Below are positions 18,655 to 26,796 of a stretch of DNA of 64,000 nt, piece by piece. The stretch is from IMG/VR virus record IMGVR_UViG_3300037991_002562, positions 1 to 64,000 of that record. One strand, 5' to 3'. Origin of the DNA: a virus. Taxonomy: Duplodnaviria > Caudoviricetes. The notes under the pieces are model-generated. The model saw nothing but the letters and a program-made list of their open reading frames with translations, had not been told where the DNA came from and made no database searches. The number at the start of each line of letters is the position of its first letter. The stretch's first letter is position 1. A program made the position numbers and the translations under genes.

Positions 18655-18827
18655 ATATTAATTTAAGATGCAGCCTCGTTATCTAGCCGTTGCGTTTACT
18701 TGAAAAACTAAATATGAGATTTGCCGCTAGTGTCGAGGCTGCATGTTAAATTAGCCTAGTAGTTAAAGCTCTGACTAGGCTCAAAGCGAACTTTATAAAG
18801 TTATACTTTAAAGGTGTTCAACCTAAA

Positions 18828-18904
18828 TGGTCAAAGAGGGGAGATTCGAACTCCCGACCCCTCCCTCCCAAGGGGAGTGCGCTACCTGACTGCGCTACTC
18901 TCTG
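18828..18904 (-). tRNA. tRNA-Pro(TGG)
   Basis: CTCCC-CTTGGGA-GGGAG. Confidence 0.9.
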
Positions 18905-19047
18905 TTATATTGTATGAGTAGAGTAAACCATATACAGACGAGGCCCTACTCTAATTGCTACGTTAAAAGTCATACCACTCATTCCTTGGACTATCCCATA
19001 CGCCTACACCCATGTTTCGTCCCCCATAACTACACTTTCATTTTCTA

Positions 19048-19254
19048 TCATAGTTGTTCCTCTTCATACCCACATCTTTTGCAGGTAACTACTGTGACCA
19101 TTGAATTAGCCCAGTGTGGAGTTGATTGCCACTCGTGGCAACAGTTTCTAACTTCTTTAGCTTGAGATAAATCTTTAGCTGCAAAAGCTATTTCTGCTTC
19201 TAGACGCTCTATTTTTTCGTCTAACTCTTTATTTAGTTCGTCTAGATTAACCAT
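19048..19254 (-). CDS. Zn-ribbon hypothetical protein
   Basis: CCHEW...CKRCG. Confidence 0.65.
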   Translation of the reverse strand: MVNLDELNKELDEKIERLEAEIAFAAKDLSQAKEVRNCCHEWQSTPHWANSMVTVVTCKRCGYEEEQL

Positions 19255-19486
19255 TGATATTCTCTACTTTTTCTAACCAACCTGTATCAATAACTTTAGT
19301 GATAGGTTTTCTTAAAGGTCTACCATTTCTATCTAAGAAGACTAGAACAGTTGCCAAGTCGAGCGAACCAGTTGGTCTAGAAGACAAAAATATAATTTTA
19401 CCTGTCCATCTAGCTCTAAAGTTACTTCTTACAGTATCAGTTACTTTAAATTTAAGTTTGTTTTTCAAAGCAATCTCCCAATTCAA
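19247..19486 (-). CDS. Hypothetical protein
   Basis: Follows the promoter at 19494-19522. Confidence 0.55.
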   Translation of the reverse strand: MNWEIALKNKLKFKVTDTVRSNFRARWTGKIIFLSSRPTGSLDLATVLVFLDRNGRPLRKPITKVIDTGWLEKVENING

Positions 19487-19528
19487 TACAAGTATTATAC
19501 GTTAAATTAAGCAGATTAGCAAGTAATT

Positions 19529-19605
19529 TGGTACGGCGAGTGGGGGTCGAACCCACAATCAACAGATTTTAAGTCTGTTCGCGATTCCAATTTGCGTACC
19601 GCCGC
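19529..19605 (-). tRNA. tRNA-Leu(TAA), short variable loop
   Basis: ACAGA-CTTAAAA-TCTGT. Confidence 0.85.
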
Positions 19606-19606
19606 A

Positions 19607-19684
19607 TGGTACGAGGCACAGGAGTCGAACCCGCAAACCTCTGAATCTAAATCAGAGAGGTATTCCAATTCCCATCACCCCTGC
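19607..19684 (-). tRNA. tRNA-Leu(TAG), short variable loop, imperfect acceptor stem
   Basis: TCTGA-TTTAGAT-TCAGA. Confidence 0.7.
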
Positions 19685-19951
19685 ATTTGATAAATTTTAA
19701 ATATGCACTATTGTTGTATCTGACTACCCTCCAAATAGGTCGATCAATTCCTAGTGGTGTAGTTGCTCTTACTCGGCCTAAGTTGGTGTAAGATATTATG
19801 TTTATAGGTGGCCTTACCTAAGCTTGCCTAAAGTTTCCCTAGTGCACATATAAAATATATCGAGTTCACTGAGTTGCACAGCTGCCACTAGCCCACTAAT
19901 CGCTAGTCCTGTTATTGTCCATCGAACCCCTGATAAGATGGAGACACTAAA

Positions 19952-20041
19952 TGGTGGATAGTAGAGGAGTCGAACCTCGTGCCCTGAGGGTACTGGTTTA
20001 CAGCCAGCTGACACACCACTGCGTCCTTATTGATACTATCC
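19952..20041 (-). tRNA. tRNA-Tyr(GTA)
   Basis: CTGG-CTGTAAA-CCAG; extra bases between the acceptor and D arms. Confidence 0.8.
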
Positions 20042-20049
20042 TTTAAAGT

Positions 20050-20124
20050 TGGAGCGTCTTACAGGACTTGAACCCGCACTTTTTGGGTGGAAACCAAACG
20101 TGCTACCATTAACACTAAAGACGC
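20050..20124 (-). tRNA. tRNA-Gly(TCC)
   Basis: TTTGG-TTTCCAC-CCAAA. Confidence 0.9.
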
Positions 20125-20133
20125 ATTTTAATT

Positions 20134-20223
20134 TGGCGGAGAGAAGAGGTCTCGATCCCCAAGCCACATTTAAGGCTCGACTAGCTTAGCAGGCCGCCCC
20201 AGTACCTAACTGGTTTACTCTCC
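20134..20223 (-). tRNA. tRNA-Ser(GCT)
   Basis: Loop CTGCTAA; long variable arm. Confidence 0.8.
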
Positions 20224-20230
20224 AATAAAT

Positions 20231-20306
20231 TGGTGCCGATGACAGGATTCGAACCCGCTTTTAAAAGGCTTACAACACCCCTGCAATCCAATTTTGCTAC
20301 ATCGGC
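20231..20306 (-). tRNA. tRNA-Thr(TGT)
   Basis: GCCGATG acceptor; loop GTTGTAA. Confidence 0.75.
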
Positions 20307-20512
20307 ATTTATCTCTTAATACTCTAAGTAAAGCACTAAGAGATAAACAAGCTTTTTATACTACAACCACACTCAAGTGGAAGCCAACCGAGTAGTTGGA
20401 CTAGGGCTATGAACCCGCGTGCTGTTTAGGAGGTAGGACTCCAATCTCTAGCTGTTTCGGCTACCACCCCACATCCTACTGCGTTGCGGACACCTAGTTT
20501 ATCAAAAAAGGA

Positions 20513-20637
20513 CAGAGTAGTTTGATTTTTAAGGACTTTTAACTGTCCAGTCTAATAACACTTTAACGGTGAGACCAGTACACCGCCGTGCCATAACAGC
20601 ACCTCTTCGTCAGATTTTGTTTGCTGTAACTACTCTT
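20513..20637 (-). ncRNA. ACAGCAA-hairpin RNA, copy B
   Basis: AGAGTAGTT-ACAGCAA...AACTACTCT-G. Confidence 0.7.
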
Positions 20638-20642
20638 TAAAA

Positions 20643-20717
20643 TGGTGCTCCTACCTAGAATTGAACTAGGACTCTACCTATTATGAGTAGGTTGCTTTAC
20701 CATTAAGCTACAGGAGC
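20643..20717 (-). tRNA. tRNA with CAT anticodon (Ile2/Met)
   Basis: ACCTA-CTCATAA-TAGGT. Confidence 0.88.
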
Positions 20718-20727
20718 GTAATTAGAA

Positions 20728-20782
20728 CAGACTGCTTTTTTCTTTTTCCCATAAAAGTTTAAAAGTTGCTGTGAGCAGTCTT
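20728..20782 (-). ncRNA. ACAGCAA-hairpin RNA, copy A
   Basis: AGACTGCT-CACAGCAA...AGCAGTCT-G. Confidence 0.7.
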
Positions 20783-20788
20783 TAAAAG

Positions 20789-20867
20789 TGGTTGCGAGAG
20801 AGGGACTCGAACCCCCGTCCGTACAGGTTATGAGCCTGACCATCTAACCATCTGATTGTATCTCGCT
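20789..20867 (-). tRNA. tRNA-fMet-like (CAT)
   Basis: 1:72 mismatch; CAGG-CTCATAA-CCTG. Confidence 0.8.
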
Positions 20868-21040
20868 ATCTAATTAAATTAGCTATAGATTCTAGAATAC
20901 TTACTATTACGTATGTAATACCTAGAACTACTACCCAAAGTATACCTACAAAAAACGCAAATATACCTATAAATACTTTTGGAAATATTAGCACTAAAGC
21001 TAACAATATTAACCAACCCATAAATGTTCCTTAAAAAAAT

Positions 21041-21116
21041 TGGAAGGGGTAACTGGGCTCGAACCAGTAATCGCGAGTTCAAAGACCGCTGCCTTAACCA
21101 ATTTGGCTATACCCCT
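21041..21116 (-). tRNA. tRNA-Gln(TTG)
   Basis: Loop CTTTGAA; CCA. Confidence 0.85.
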
Positions 21117-21409
21117 ATAAGTTTAAATCTCAGTATCCTAGCCCTTCTCCGGACTAGCCTAAGATTTTCCTGCTCTTCTAGCTTAAATAGAAGAGGGAAA
21201 TGCTTTCTCATTTGTGAGTTAGTATAGTGTAACTCTTTTCGCAACTTACTAATAATTTCACTGTATTGATTTCTCACAAGACTTCCTCATTTCTTAATAT
21301 GTATATATTATACGTTGAAATAAGCTGTTTTGCAAGTAATTTAAAAACTAGGGCGGGAGTCGAGCCCGCATTTTACCCAAACATCAACTTTCGTTGTTCC
21401 TAGTAAACT

Positions 21410-21485
21410 TGGTGCAGAGAGTGGGTAACGATCCCAACCTCTCAGGTGCTTCAAACCTGCGCTAATCCATCTCAGCTATCTCTGC
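21410..21485 (-). tRNA. tRNA-Phe(GAA)
   Basis: CAGGT-TTGAAGC-ACCTG. Confidence 0.85.
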
Positions 21486-21935
21486 AATAATTTTGTTAGT
21501 AATGCCATTTGCAATCAGCGTTGTTGTTATTTCGGGCATTACGAAACTGTATCCGTAGTGGTGGCTATAGTTTGTGCTAGCTTTTGGATATAATTTTAGA
21601 ACTTTATTAAATATAAGTTTTCTAGTTTCTTCTAGATCTTCTCTGTCTACTGGTGCTTCTCGCAATGTAGAGTTAAATAGCTCTATAGCTTTTTCCGTTT
21701 GCTCATACACTTCAGTATTGAAGTGTTTTGATAAGTTTTTTAGTACTCTATCTTTAACTATCTTTTGTAAGGCTTCGCTCTTGGCTTGCTCTAGCTCTTT
21801 TTCTAGACTTATCTCAGCAGTCTTGGCTAATTCGTTAGCCATTATACTGTCTAATTTAGTTTCTAATTTATCTGCAAAAAACTTGCTCCACATTGTTAGT
21901 GTACCTTTAGTTGAATTGAATAAATCAGGCTGCAT
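21462..21935 (-). CDS. Hypothetical coiled-coil protein (start uncertain)
   Basis: 157-aa ORF. Confidence 0.65.
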   Translation of the reverse strand: MQPDLFNSTKGTLTMWSKFFADKLETKLDSIMANELAKTAEISLEKELEQAKSEALQKIVKDRVLKNLSKHFNTEVYEQTEKAIELFNSTLREAPVDREDLEETRKLIFNKVLKLYPKASTNYSHHYGYSFVMPEITTTLIANGITNKIIAEIAEMD

Positions 21936-21990
21936 TTACTTTGGTTTCAATTAGCAGTTGAATAATAGTAAAGTTGCTGTTAGCAGCCTT
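21926..21990 (-). ncRNA. ACAGCAA-hairpin RNA, copy C
   Basis: AGGCTGC-TAACAGCAA...GCAGCCT-G; inner TTCAA-CTGCTAA-TTGAA. Confidence 0.7.
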
Positions 21991-21997
21991 TGAAAGT

Positions 21998-22067
21998 GAT
22001 CGGGAAGACAGGACTTGAACCTGCAACCTCTTCCGCCGAAGTGCTCAGCCTATTGAGCTTCTTCCCT
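21998..22067 (-). ncRNA. tRNA-like RNA lacking an anticodon loop
   Basis: GGGAAG/CTTCCC acceptor, GCTC D arm, CTTC-GGCG-GAAG, GCAGGTTCAAGTCCTGT; no CCA. Confidence 0.65.
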
Positions 22068-22153
22068 CGTATAGATTACAACAGGTGAGATTTTAACTCA
22101 CATACCACCGTGCCCGGCCGCTCTAAATATTGGCGTACTGTTCTATACGTAAC

Positions 22154-22229
22154 TGGTGGAGGATACTGGGATCGAACCAGCGACCTATTGCTTGCAAAGC
22201 AATCGCTCTTCCAACTGAGCTAATCCCCC
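22154..22229 (-). tRNA. tRNA-Ala(TGC)
   Basis: G3:U70 pair; loop TTTGCAA. Confidence 0.92.
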
Positions 22230-22235
22230 GAAATC

Positions 22236-22310
22236 TGGTAGGTCTAGGGAATTCCGAGATCCCGTCCTCTGCTTTGTAAGAGCAGCACTCTGCCTCTGAG
22301 CTATAGACCT
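22236..22310 (-). tRNA. tRNA-Val(TAC)
   Basis: CTGCT-CTTACAA-AGCAG; atypical T loop. Confidence 0.85.
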
Positions 22311-22319
22311 AAGGTAAAG

Positions 22320-22398
22320 CTGGTTACTATTGCCGACGCTTCTTAAACGTCCGTTTCTTGATGTTGGTAAGAAAATAGTATTTGCTGTAAGTAACCAT
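22320..22398 (-). ncRNA. ACAGCAA-hairpin RNA, copy D
   Basis: TGGTTACT-TACAGCAA...AGTAACCA-G. Confidence 0.7.
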
Positions 22399-22454
22399 TT
22401 AGAAGCACACAGAAGCCAACAGACGTACCGAACATGCTAATATGCGCTTGTAAA

Positions 22455-22530
22455 TGGTAGTGGTAACAGGCATCGAACCTGTGACCTCCCGATTATCGGT
22501 CGGGTGCTCTGCCAGCTGAGCTATACCACT
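22455..22530 (-). tRNA. tRNA-Ile(GAT)
   Basis: CCCGA-CCGATAA-TCGGG. Confidence 0.9.
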
Positions 22531-22535
22531 ATAAT

Positions 22536-22612
22536 TGGTGGGCCGCCCGAGACTCGAACTCGGAACCTTCCGGTTAAAAGGCGGATATTCTAACCAATTG
22601 AATTAGCGACCC
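22536..22612 (-). tRNA. tRNA-Lys(TTT)
   Basis: Loop CTTTTAA; CCA. Confidence 0.9.
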
Positions 22613-23136
22613 ATTATTGTTTTAATTGTCTTTATGGCTACTGAAGCAGGTACATTGAACCACTCACCATTAACTTGACTGTTTTCCAAATACTTATGTA
22701 CCTTATACTCTAATAAATTAATATCTTGGGAAAATACATAATGCTCTATTTTAAAATCCCTAAGTGGGCTATACGTTTGCATTTGTGCTAGCCTTTTTCT
22801 AGCATCTATAGTTCTTCCTATTTTTACATATTCCCATGAAGGGTTTGATATAACGTATATAAAACCCTCTTTTATATCCGATGCTTTAAACTTGTTATGT
22901 TTATACTTTAACAAGTTTAAAGCTGCTAACCTATCAGCTAAGAAGTTTTCACCTTTTGATTTTAAGGTTCCTTTACCATAAACTTTTCTATACGCTTGAA
23001 TTAGCTGCTCATCTATTTTAAAGTTTCCGTTTAATAGACCCTGATTTTCTAATTTTAAAAGTGTGCTTTTTATTTTTTCATTCATAATAATTTTAATTGG
23101 TTCAGCCGACGGGAATCGAACCCGCTTACGCAACAC
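22603..23136 (-). CDS. T5orf172/GIY-YIG free-standing endonuclease (likely start MNEKIK)
   Basis: GFIYVISN...VKIGRT...RLAQMQTYSP...LE.KVH...NGEWF. Confidence 0.8.
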   Translation of the reverse strand: MLRKRVRFPSAEPIKIIMNEKIKSTLLKLENQGLLNGNFKIDEQLIQAYRKVYGKGTLKSKGENFLADRLAALNLLKYKHNKFKASDIKEGFIYVISNPSWEYVKIGRTIDARKRLAQMQTYSPLRDFKIEHYVFSQDINLLEYKVHKYLENSQVNGEWFNVPASVAIKTIKTIMGR

Positions 23137-23183
23137 TGCGTCTAGGGTGAAAACCTAGTGTCCCGCCATTAGACATCGGCTGA
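23098..23183 (-). tRNA. tRNA-Glu(TTC) with long variable arm
   Basis: CTAGG-TTTTCAC-CCTAG then ACGCA-GTGT-TGCGT. Confidence 0.8.
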
Positions 23184-23354
23184 ATTGTAAAGTTTATCAA
23201 ACATAGCGTTTACATCTTCGAACGCAGAATCTACTTGGAATATTGTATTAGCCATTTCACATTCTGTTGCTAAGGTAAGTTCGTTAGACCCAGACATAAG
23301 TTTTTGGTATCTACGTTTGGCTAATAGCTCAATAGTCTCGTTATACGTTAGCAT
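23169..23354 (-). CDS. Hypothetical protein
   Basis: MLTYNET after AGGAG. Confidence 0.6.
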   Translation of the reverse strand: MLTYNETIELLAKRRYQKLMSGSNELTLATECEMANTIFQVDSAFEDVNAMFDKLYNSADV

Positions 23355-23377
23355 ATATGCTCCTAGTTTGATTAATT

Positions 23378-23453
23378 TGGCGGAGCTACGGGGAATTGAA
23401 CCCCGATCTTCGCGCAGACAACGCGTCATAATCAGCCATTATACGATAGCTCC
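23378..23453 (-). tRNA. tRNA-Asp(GTC)
   Basis: CGCG-TTGTCTG-CGCG. Confidence 0.85.
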
Positions 23454-23459
23454 TAAATT

Positions 23460-23536
23460 TGGCGGGTGTGGTTGGACTCGAACCAACTATCTTTAGCTTA
23501 ACAGGCTACCGCATGTACCAGTTATGCTCCACACCC
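23460..23536 (-). tRNA. tRNA-Asn(GTT)
   Basis: TAGC-CTGTTAA-GCTA. Confidence 0.88.
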
Positions 23537-23719
23537 AAACGCTCCTGACTTGGCAGAAGTCTTTTGTAGAACCTGTCGCGTCTACTTTGCCACATTAGTA
23601 CTAGTCGGTCTTAAACCTCGCATTGAGGCGACGTTCGCACGCTATTGCTTTATGTACTAACTGCTAGATTTCTAAAACATATTATAACAAACGTTTAGCA
23701 AATACATTTTTAATTTATT

Positions 23720-23796
23720 TGGCGCAGGTAGAGGGACTCGAACCCCCAACTCACTGCTTAGAAGGCAGTTGCTCTGTCCAGTTGAACTATACCCGC
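23720..23796 (-). tRNA. tRNA-Arg(TCT)
   Basis: ACTGC-CTTCTAA-GCAGT. Confidence 0.92.
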
Positions 23797-23852
23797 TTCT
23801 TGATAATATTTGTATATTATATGACTTTTTTAGTAATTTATCAAGTCATTTT

Positions 23853-24041
23853 TTAATTTTTACAACCGTAAACATACTTTAACTGGTTGTGGGACTTTTC
23901 TCTATCTGAGAAAAACCCCTCAATGTAGAGCTTTTCACAAAGCTCACGTAATTCTAAATGCGTTATGCTAGACTCGTGGACGAATACGCAGCCTTGCCTA
24001 CTTGCTAAAGACTTGATTTTTGTCTCACTAGGCTTACGCAA
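23853..24041 (-). CDS. Hypothetical protein
   Basis: Coupled ORF. Confidence 0.5.
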   Translation of the reverse strand: MRKPSETKIKSLASRQGCVFVHESSITHLELRELCEKLYIEGFFSDREKSHNQLKYVYGCKN

Positions 24042-24381
24042 TGAATGCTAGCCCTTTTAATTCTAGGAACAGATTACGTACCTCGTTAGCTTGAGGTAGG
24101 TTTACCACCTTTTCCGACATATTAGTTTCAATGTGTTCATAGTTAAGCGCGGACTTTAGCGTAACTACTTCACCAGGGCTGTAGTCTAGTACTAATTTCA
24201 TACTATACGCATGTCTAGGTACTAATACATCTTCAACAGCGTCTGCTACATCTAACATATCACGCAAAGTAATATCATTAGAGGACAAATAGTTTAAAGC
24301 TTTTTCTTCCAAAGCTCTATTACGGGCAGCCTGCCCTGAAGCTGACTCAATAATCATTGATTTCTGAAAACTTTTTAACAT
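24034..24381 (-). CDS. Hypothetical protein
   Basis: 115-aa ORF. Confidence 0.65.
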   Translation of the reverse strand: MLKSFQKSMIIESASGQAARNRALEEKALNYLSSNDITLRDMLDVADAVEDVLVPRHAYSMKLVLDYSPGEVVTLKSALNYEHIETNMSEKVVNLPQANEVRNLFLELKGLAFIA

Positions 24382-24688
24382 TAAGGTTCTCCAGTTTGTT
24401 TTTTATTTCTTCAGGGGTTAAACCGTCTTCATCAACAGGTTTTGCGTTTTCTTTAGCTAGTAAAGCTAAAATTTCTTTTATAGAGAACTTTTCGTGTCTA
24501 TGTAAGCTCTCTAGTTGAGTATCGTATTCACTAATTATTAGTTGTCCCACTTCCCCAGCAGGTGCAATAATAAAACCAAAAAGCTTCTTAGGTACTAATC
24601 TTTTTGTTAAAATACGGTAAGTGCCGTCTACCTGCCTTTCTACAGTAAATTGAAACTTTTCATTTTGAAATTTCATTTCTTTCCTCAT
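24347..24688 (-). CDS. Hypothetical protein
   Basis: Behind the promoter at 24705-24733 (TTGCCA-17-TATAAT). Confidence 0.65.
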   Translation of the reverse strand: MRKEMKFQNEKFQFTVERQVDGTYRILTKRLVPKKLFGFIIAPAGEVGQLIISEYDTQLESLHRHEKFSIKEILALLAKENAKPVDEDGLTPEEIKNKLENLNVKKFSEINDY

Positions 24689-24733
24689 TTCTTAATATGT
24701 ATATATTATACGTTGAAATAAGCTGTTTGGCAA

Positions 24734-25513
24734 TTACTTTTTAAATTTATTTAATACCTCAGTAAGTTCTTTCACTGTCATCTTGCCCCAGTCTATAGAA
24801 CTATCTAAATGCTCTAAACATACATCTATATAAGGCTTTTTTAAGCGACCTGTAGGAATAGAATACTCTCCTACTTTTATATCCGAGGCTTTTTCTAAAT
24901 CGGTAACAGTTAGCTTCTCCATTGCTGGGCAGCCTAGATTTTCTGCTATTTCTTTTTTGGTTAGTCTTTTAGGCTTCTTTTCTTTAGAATGCCCAGGGCA
25001 TGTACCTATAGTTTCTAGTTGTTGCTGATAGAATCTGTCGCCCATAAAGAATGGCCTCTCTCTGTTAGTCCATACAAGATCGAAGCTTTTCGCTTTATCT
25101 CGCATGTAAAATAATCTGTATTTGTCTACTAAGTTTAACTGGGGGTAATAATCCTTCAGAGTTGTGCAATTAGGTAAAGGGGTTCTAATTACTAACTCTG
25201 AAGGATCTAGGATTCGTGGTAGTTCTTCTAAAATAAACGTGGTGCTCTTATGGATTCGTCCATATCGGAAAGAGTACTCTTTACCTACTGCTACTGCAAG
25301 GTCGTACAATAGTGTATAGTTTCCGCCTGTTTTACAAGCCCACCGAGTGCAGGGGTGGTTTACATGAGTTGGTTTGTAGGAGGTTTGAATATTTCTTTCT
25401 CCGGCTGCCACAGATAAAATTTGAGCGTACTCTAGGGGCATCTTTACGACATGCTTATCGCAATGATACTGAGCGCACTTTTCTAAATCTGTATCTAACC
25501 AGAATATATTCAT
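24734..25513 (-). CDS. Pyrimidine-dimer DNA glycosylase/DenV-like protein with basic C-terminal extension
   Basis: MNIFWLD...HCDKHVVKMPLEYAQILS...THVNHPC..W...EY.FRYGRIHKS. Confidence 0.8.
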   Translation of the reverse strand: MNIFWLDTDLEKCAQYHCDKHVVKMPLEYAQILSVAAGERNIQTSYKPTHVNHPCTRWACKTGGNYTLLYDLAVAVGKEYSFRYGRIHKSTTFILEELPRILDPSELVIRTPLPNCTTLKDYYPQLNLVDKYRLFYMRDKAKSFDLVWTNRERPFFMGDRFYQQQLETIGTCPGHSKEKKPKRLTKKEIAENLGCPAMEKLTVTDLEKASDIKVGEYSIPTGRLKKPYIDVCLEHLDSSIDWGKMTVKELTEVLNKFKK

Positions 25514-25578
25514 TATACCAAACCCCTTACAAATGTCAAACTCTTTTTAGAAATTTACACTAAAGTAGTAAAATTAGA

Positions 25579-25842
25579 CTATTGATAGCTACTAATGCCT
25601 GCCTCAGCATACCACCGCTTTGCGGCTTTTTCTAGATTTTTCAAGTCCTTTGTAGTTGTATTTACTCTTGAACCCTTAATCGTTACTTTTGCTATAGACG
25701 TAAACCATATAATTGGAGGAGCTACGTTCCCCAAATCCTCAATAACTATACCATTTCCCTTAATGGTTTTATCGTTTACAGCGTAGAATGAGCTATGCTC
25801 GTTTTTGAGCATAGCTACGATTTCGTCTATTACCTTGCTCAT
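25579..25842 (-). CDS. Hypothetical protein
   Basis: 87-aa coupled ORF. Confidence 0.6.
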   Translation of the reverse strand: MSKVIDEIVAMLKNEHSSFYAVNDKTIKGNGIVIEDLGNVAPPIIWFTSIAKVTIKGSRVNTTTKDLKNLEKAAKRWYAEAGISSYQ

Positions 25843-26027
25843 AGAGAGCGTGCAATAAAGCCGCGGATTTTTGCATATCCCGACAATACCTTACGCTTAT
25901 GCGCTGGGTTATCGAGTACTTTCGGACGCCAGTTAATTAGCTGACCGTAAAGGTTTTGTGCTTCCACGGCGCGTTGGTGATTAGCTTGTAGCTGTTCTGT
26001 TAGAGCGCGAGTTAGTTCGTTCTGCAT
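25839..26027 (-). CDS. Hypothetical protein
   Basis: GGAGG RBS. Confidence 0.6.
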   Translation of the reverse strand: MQNELTRALTEQLQANHQRAVEAQNLYGQLINWRPKVLDNPAHKRKVLSGYAKIRGFIARSL

Positions 26028-26299
26028 TATTTTGCCTCCTTAGCAAATACTGGGGTGAATGACGGCATTAGTGTTTTGCGACCTGCTCCGTCGTATGAGT
26101 AAAACTTTTGAGCTGGGTGTCCGTTTTTACCCGCAGGTTTGCGCTTAGTACCTACCGCAGGAGCTTTAAAAGCTTGCTCGTCGTTAGGATGCGCTTTCAA
26201 GTGACGCTTTAGTTTGCGAACTCGATTTTTCTGCATACGGTCTTCTGTTGCGTATGCTGCGTAAGAACCTTTACCTTTACGTGATTTTTGTTTAGCCAT
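26027..26299 (-). CDS. Basic hypothetical protein
   Basis: RKLKRHLKAHPNDEQA; promoter at 26333-26361. Confidence 0.7.
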   Translation of the reverse strand: MAKQKSRKGKGSYAAYATEDRMQKNRVRKLKRHLKAHPNDEQAFKAPAVGTKRKPAGKNGHPAQKFYSYDGAGRKTLMPSFTPVFAKEAK

Positions 26300-26369
26300 C
26301 TTTTTTGTTTCCTTTTGTTAATTTATGCGTATATTATACGTGGAAATAAGTTGTCGAGCAAGCGATTTT

Positions 26370-26642
26370 TTATCGCGTTTTGTTAAGTGTCCAATAATCG
26401 ACCGTGTAAGAAATCCCACCGTTCTCACTGAATTGCTGAGAAACGCTGTTATCATTATACATTACACCTACTCGGCATGTTTTGCCGTCTAAATGGCGTA
26501 CCGTGCCGTGCTTTTGTGTTGCAGAGTTAAATACCTTATCCCCTTCTTGGATTTCACATTTAAGTCCAGTGCTCTGATAAAACGCAAAGCATAAAGCTGT
26601 TGTGAGGGCAATTCCCCAACCTACTGTTTCTCTTGTCTTCAT
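26370..26642 (-). CDS. Membrane-anchored hypothetical protein
   Basis: N-terminal TM helix. Confidence 0.6.
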   Translation of the reverse strand: MKTRETVGWGIALTTALCFAFYQSTGLKCEIQEGDKVFNSATQKHGTVRHLDGKTCRVGVMYNDNSVSQQFSENGGISYTVDYWTLNKTR

Positions 26643-26796
26643 TTATTTAGTTTCCTTAGTAAAGTGCCAGCAAGCCCCAGTAGCGGGATTGTCGTGCTGG
26701 TGTCTAGTTCTACTACAGCGGGTACAAAGTTCGTTTTCGCTTTTTACGAAAGCGATTAAAAATAATACTATTGCTAAAAACGCAAAAAATGCCATG

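Noticed and set aside
19814-21227. Short ORFs 19814-20014 and 21024-21227 (and 13892-14077)
   Set aside because: They run through tRNA genes or promoters and are unlikely to be coding.
20513-22398. ACAGCAA elements as a CRISPR array or terminators
   Set aside because: Spacing is irregular, stems differ in sequence, there are no cas genes, and there are no U tracts after the stems.
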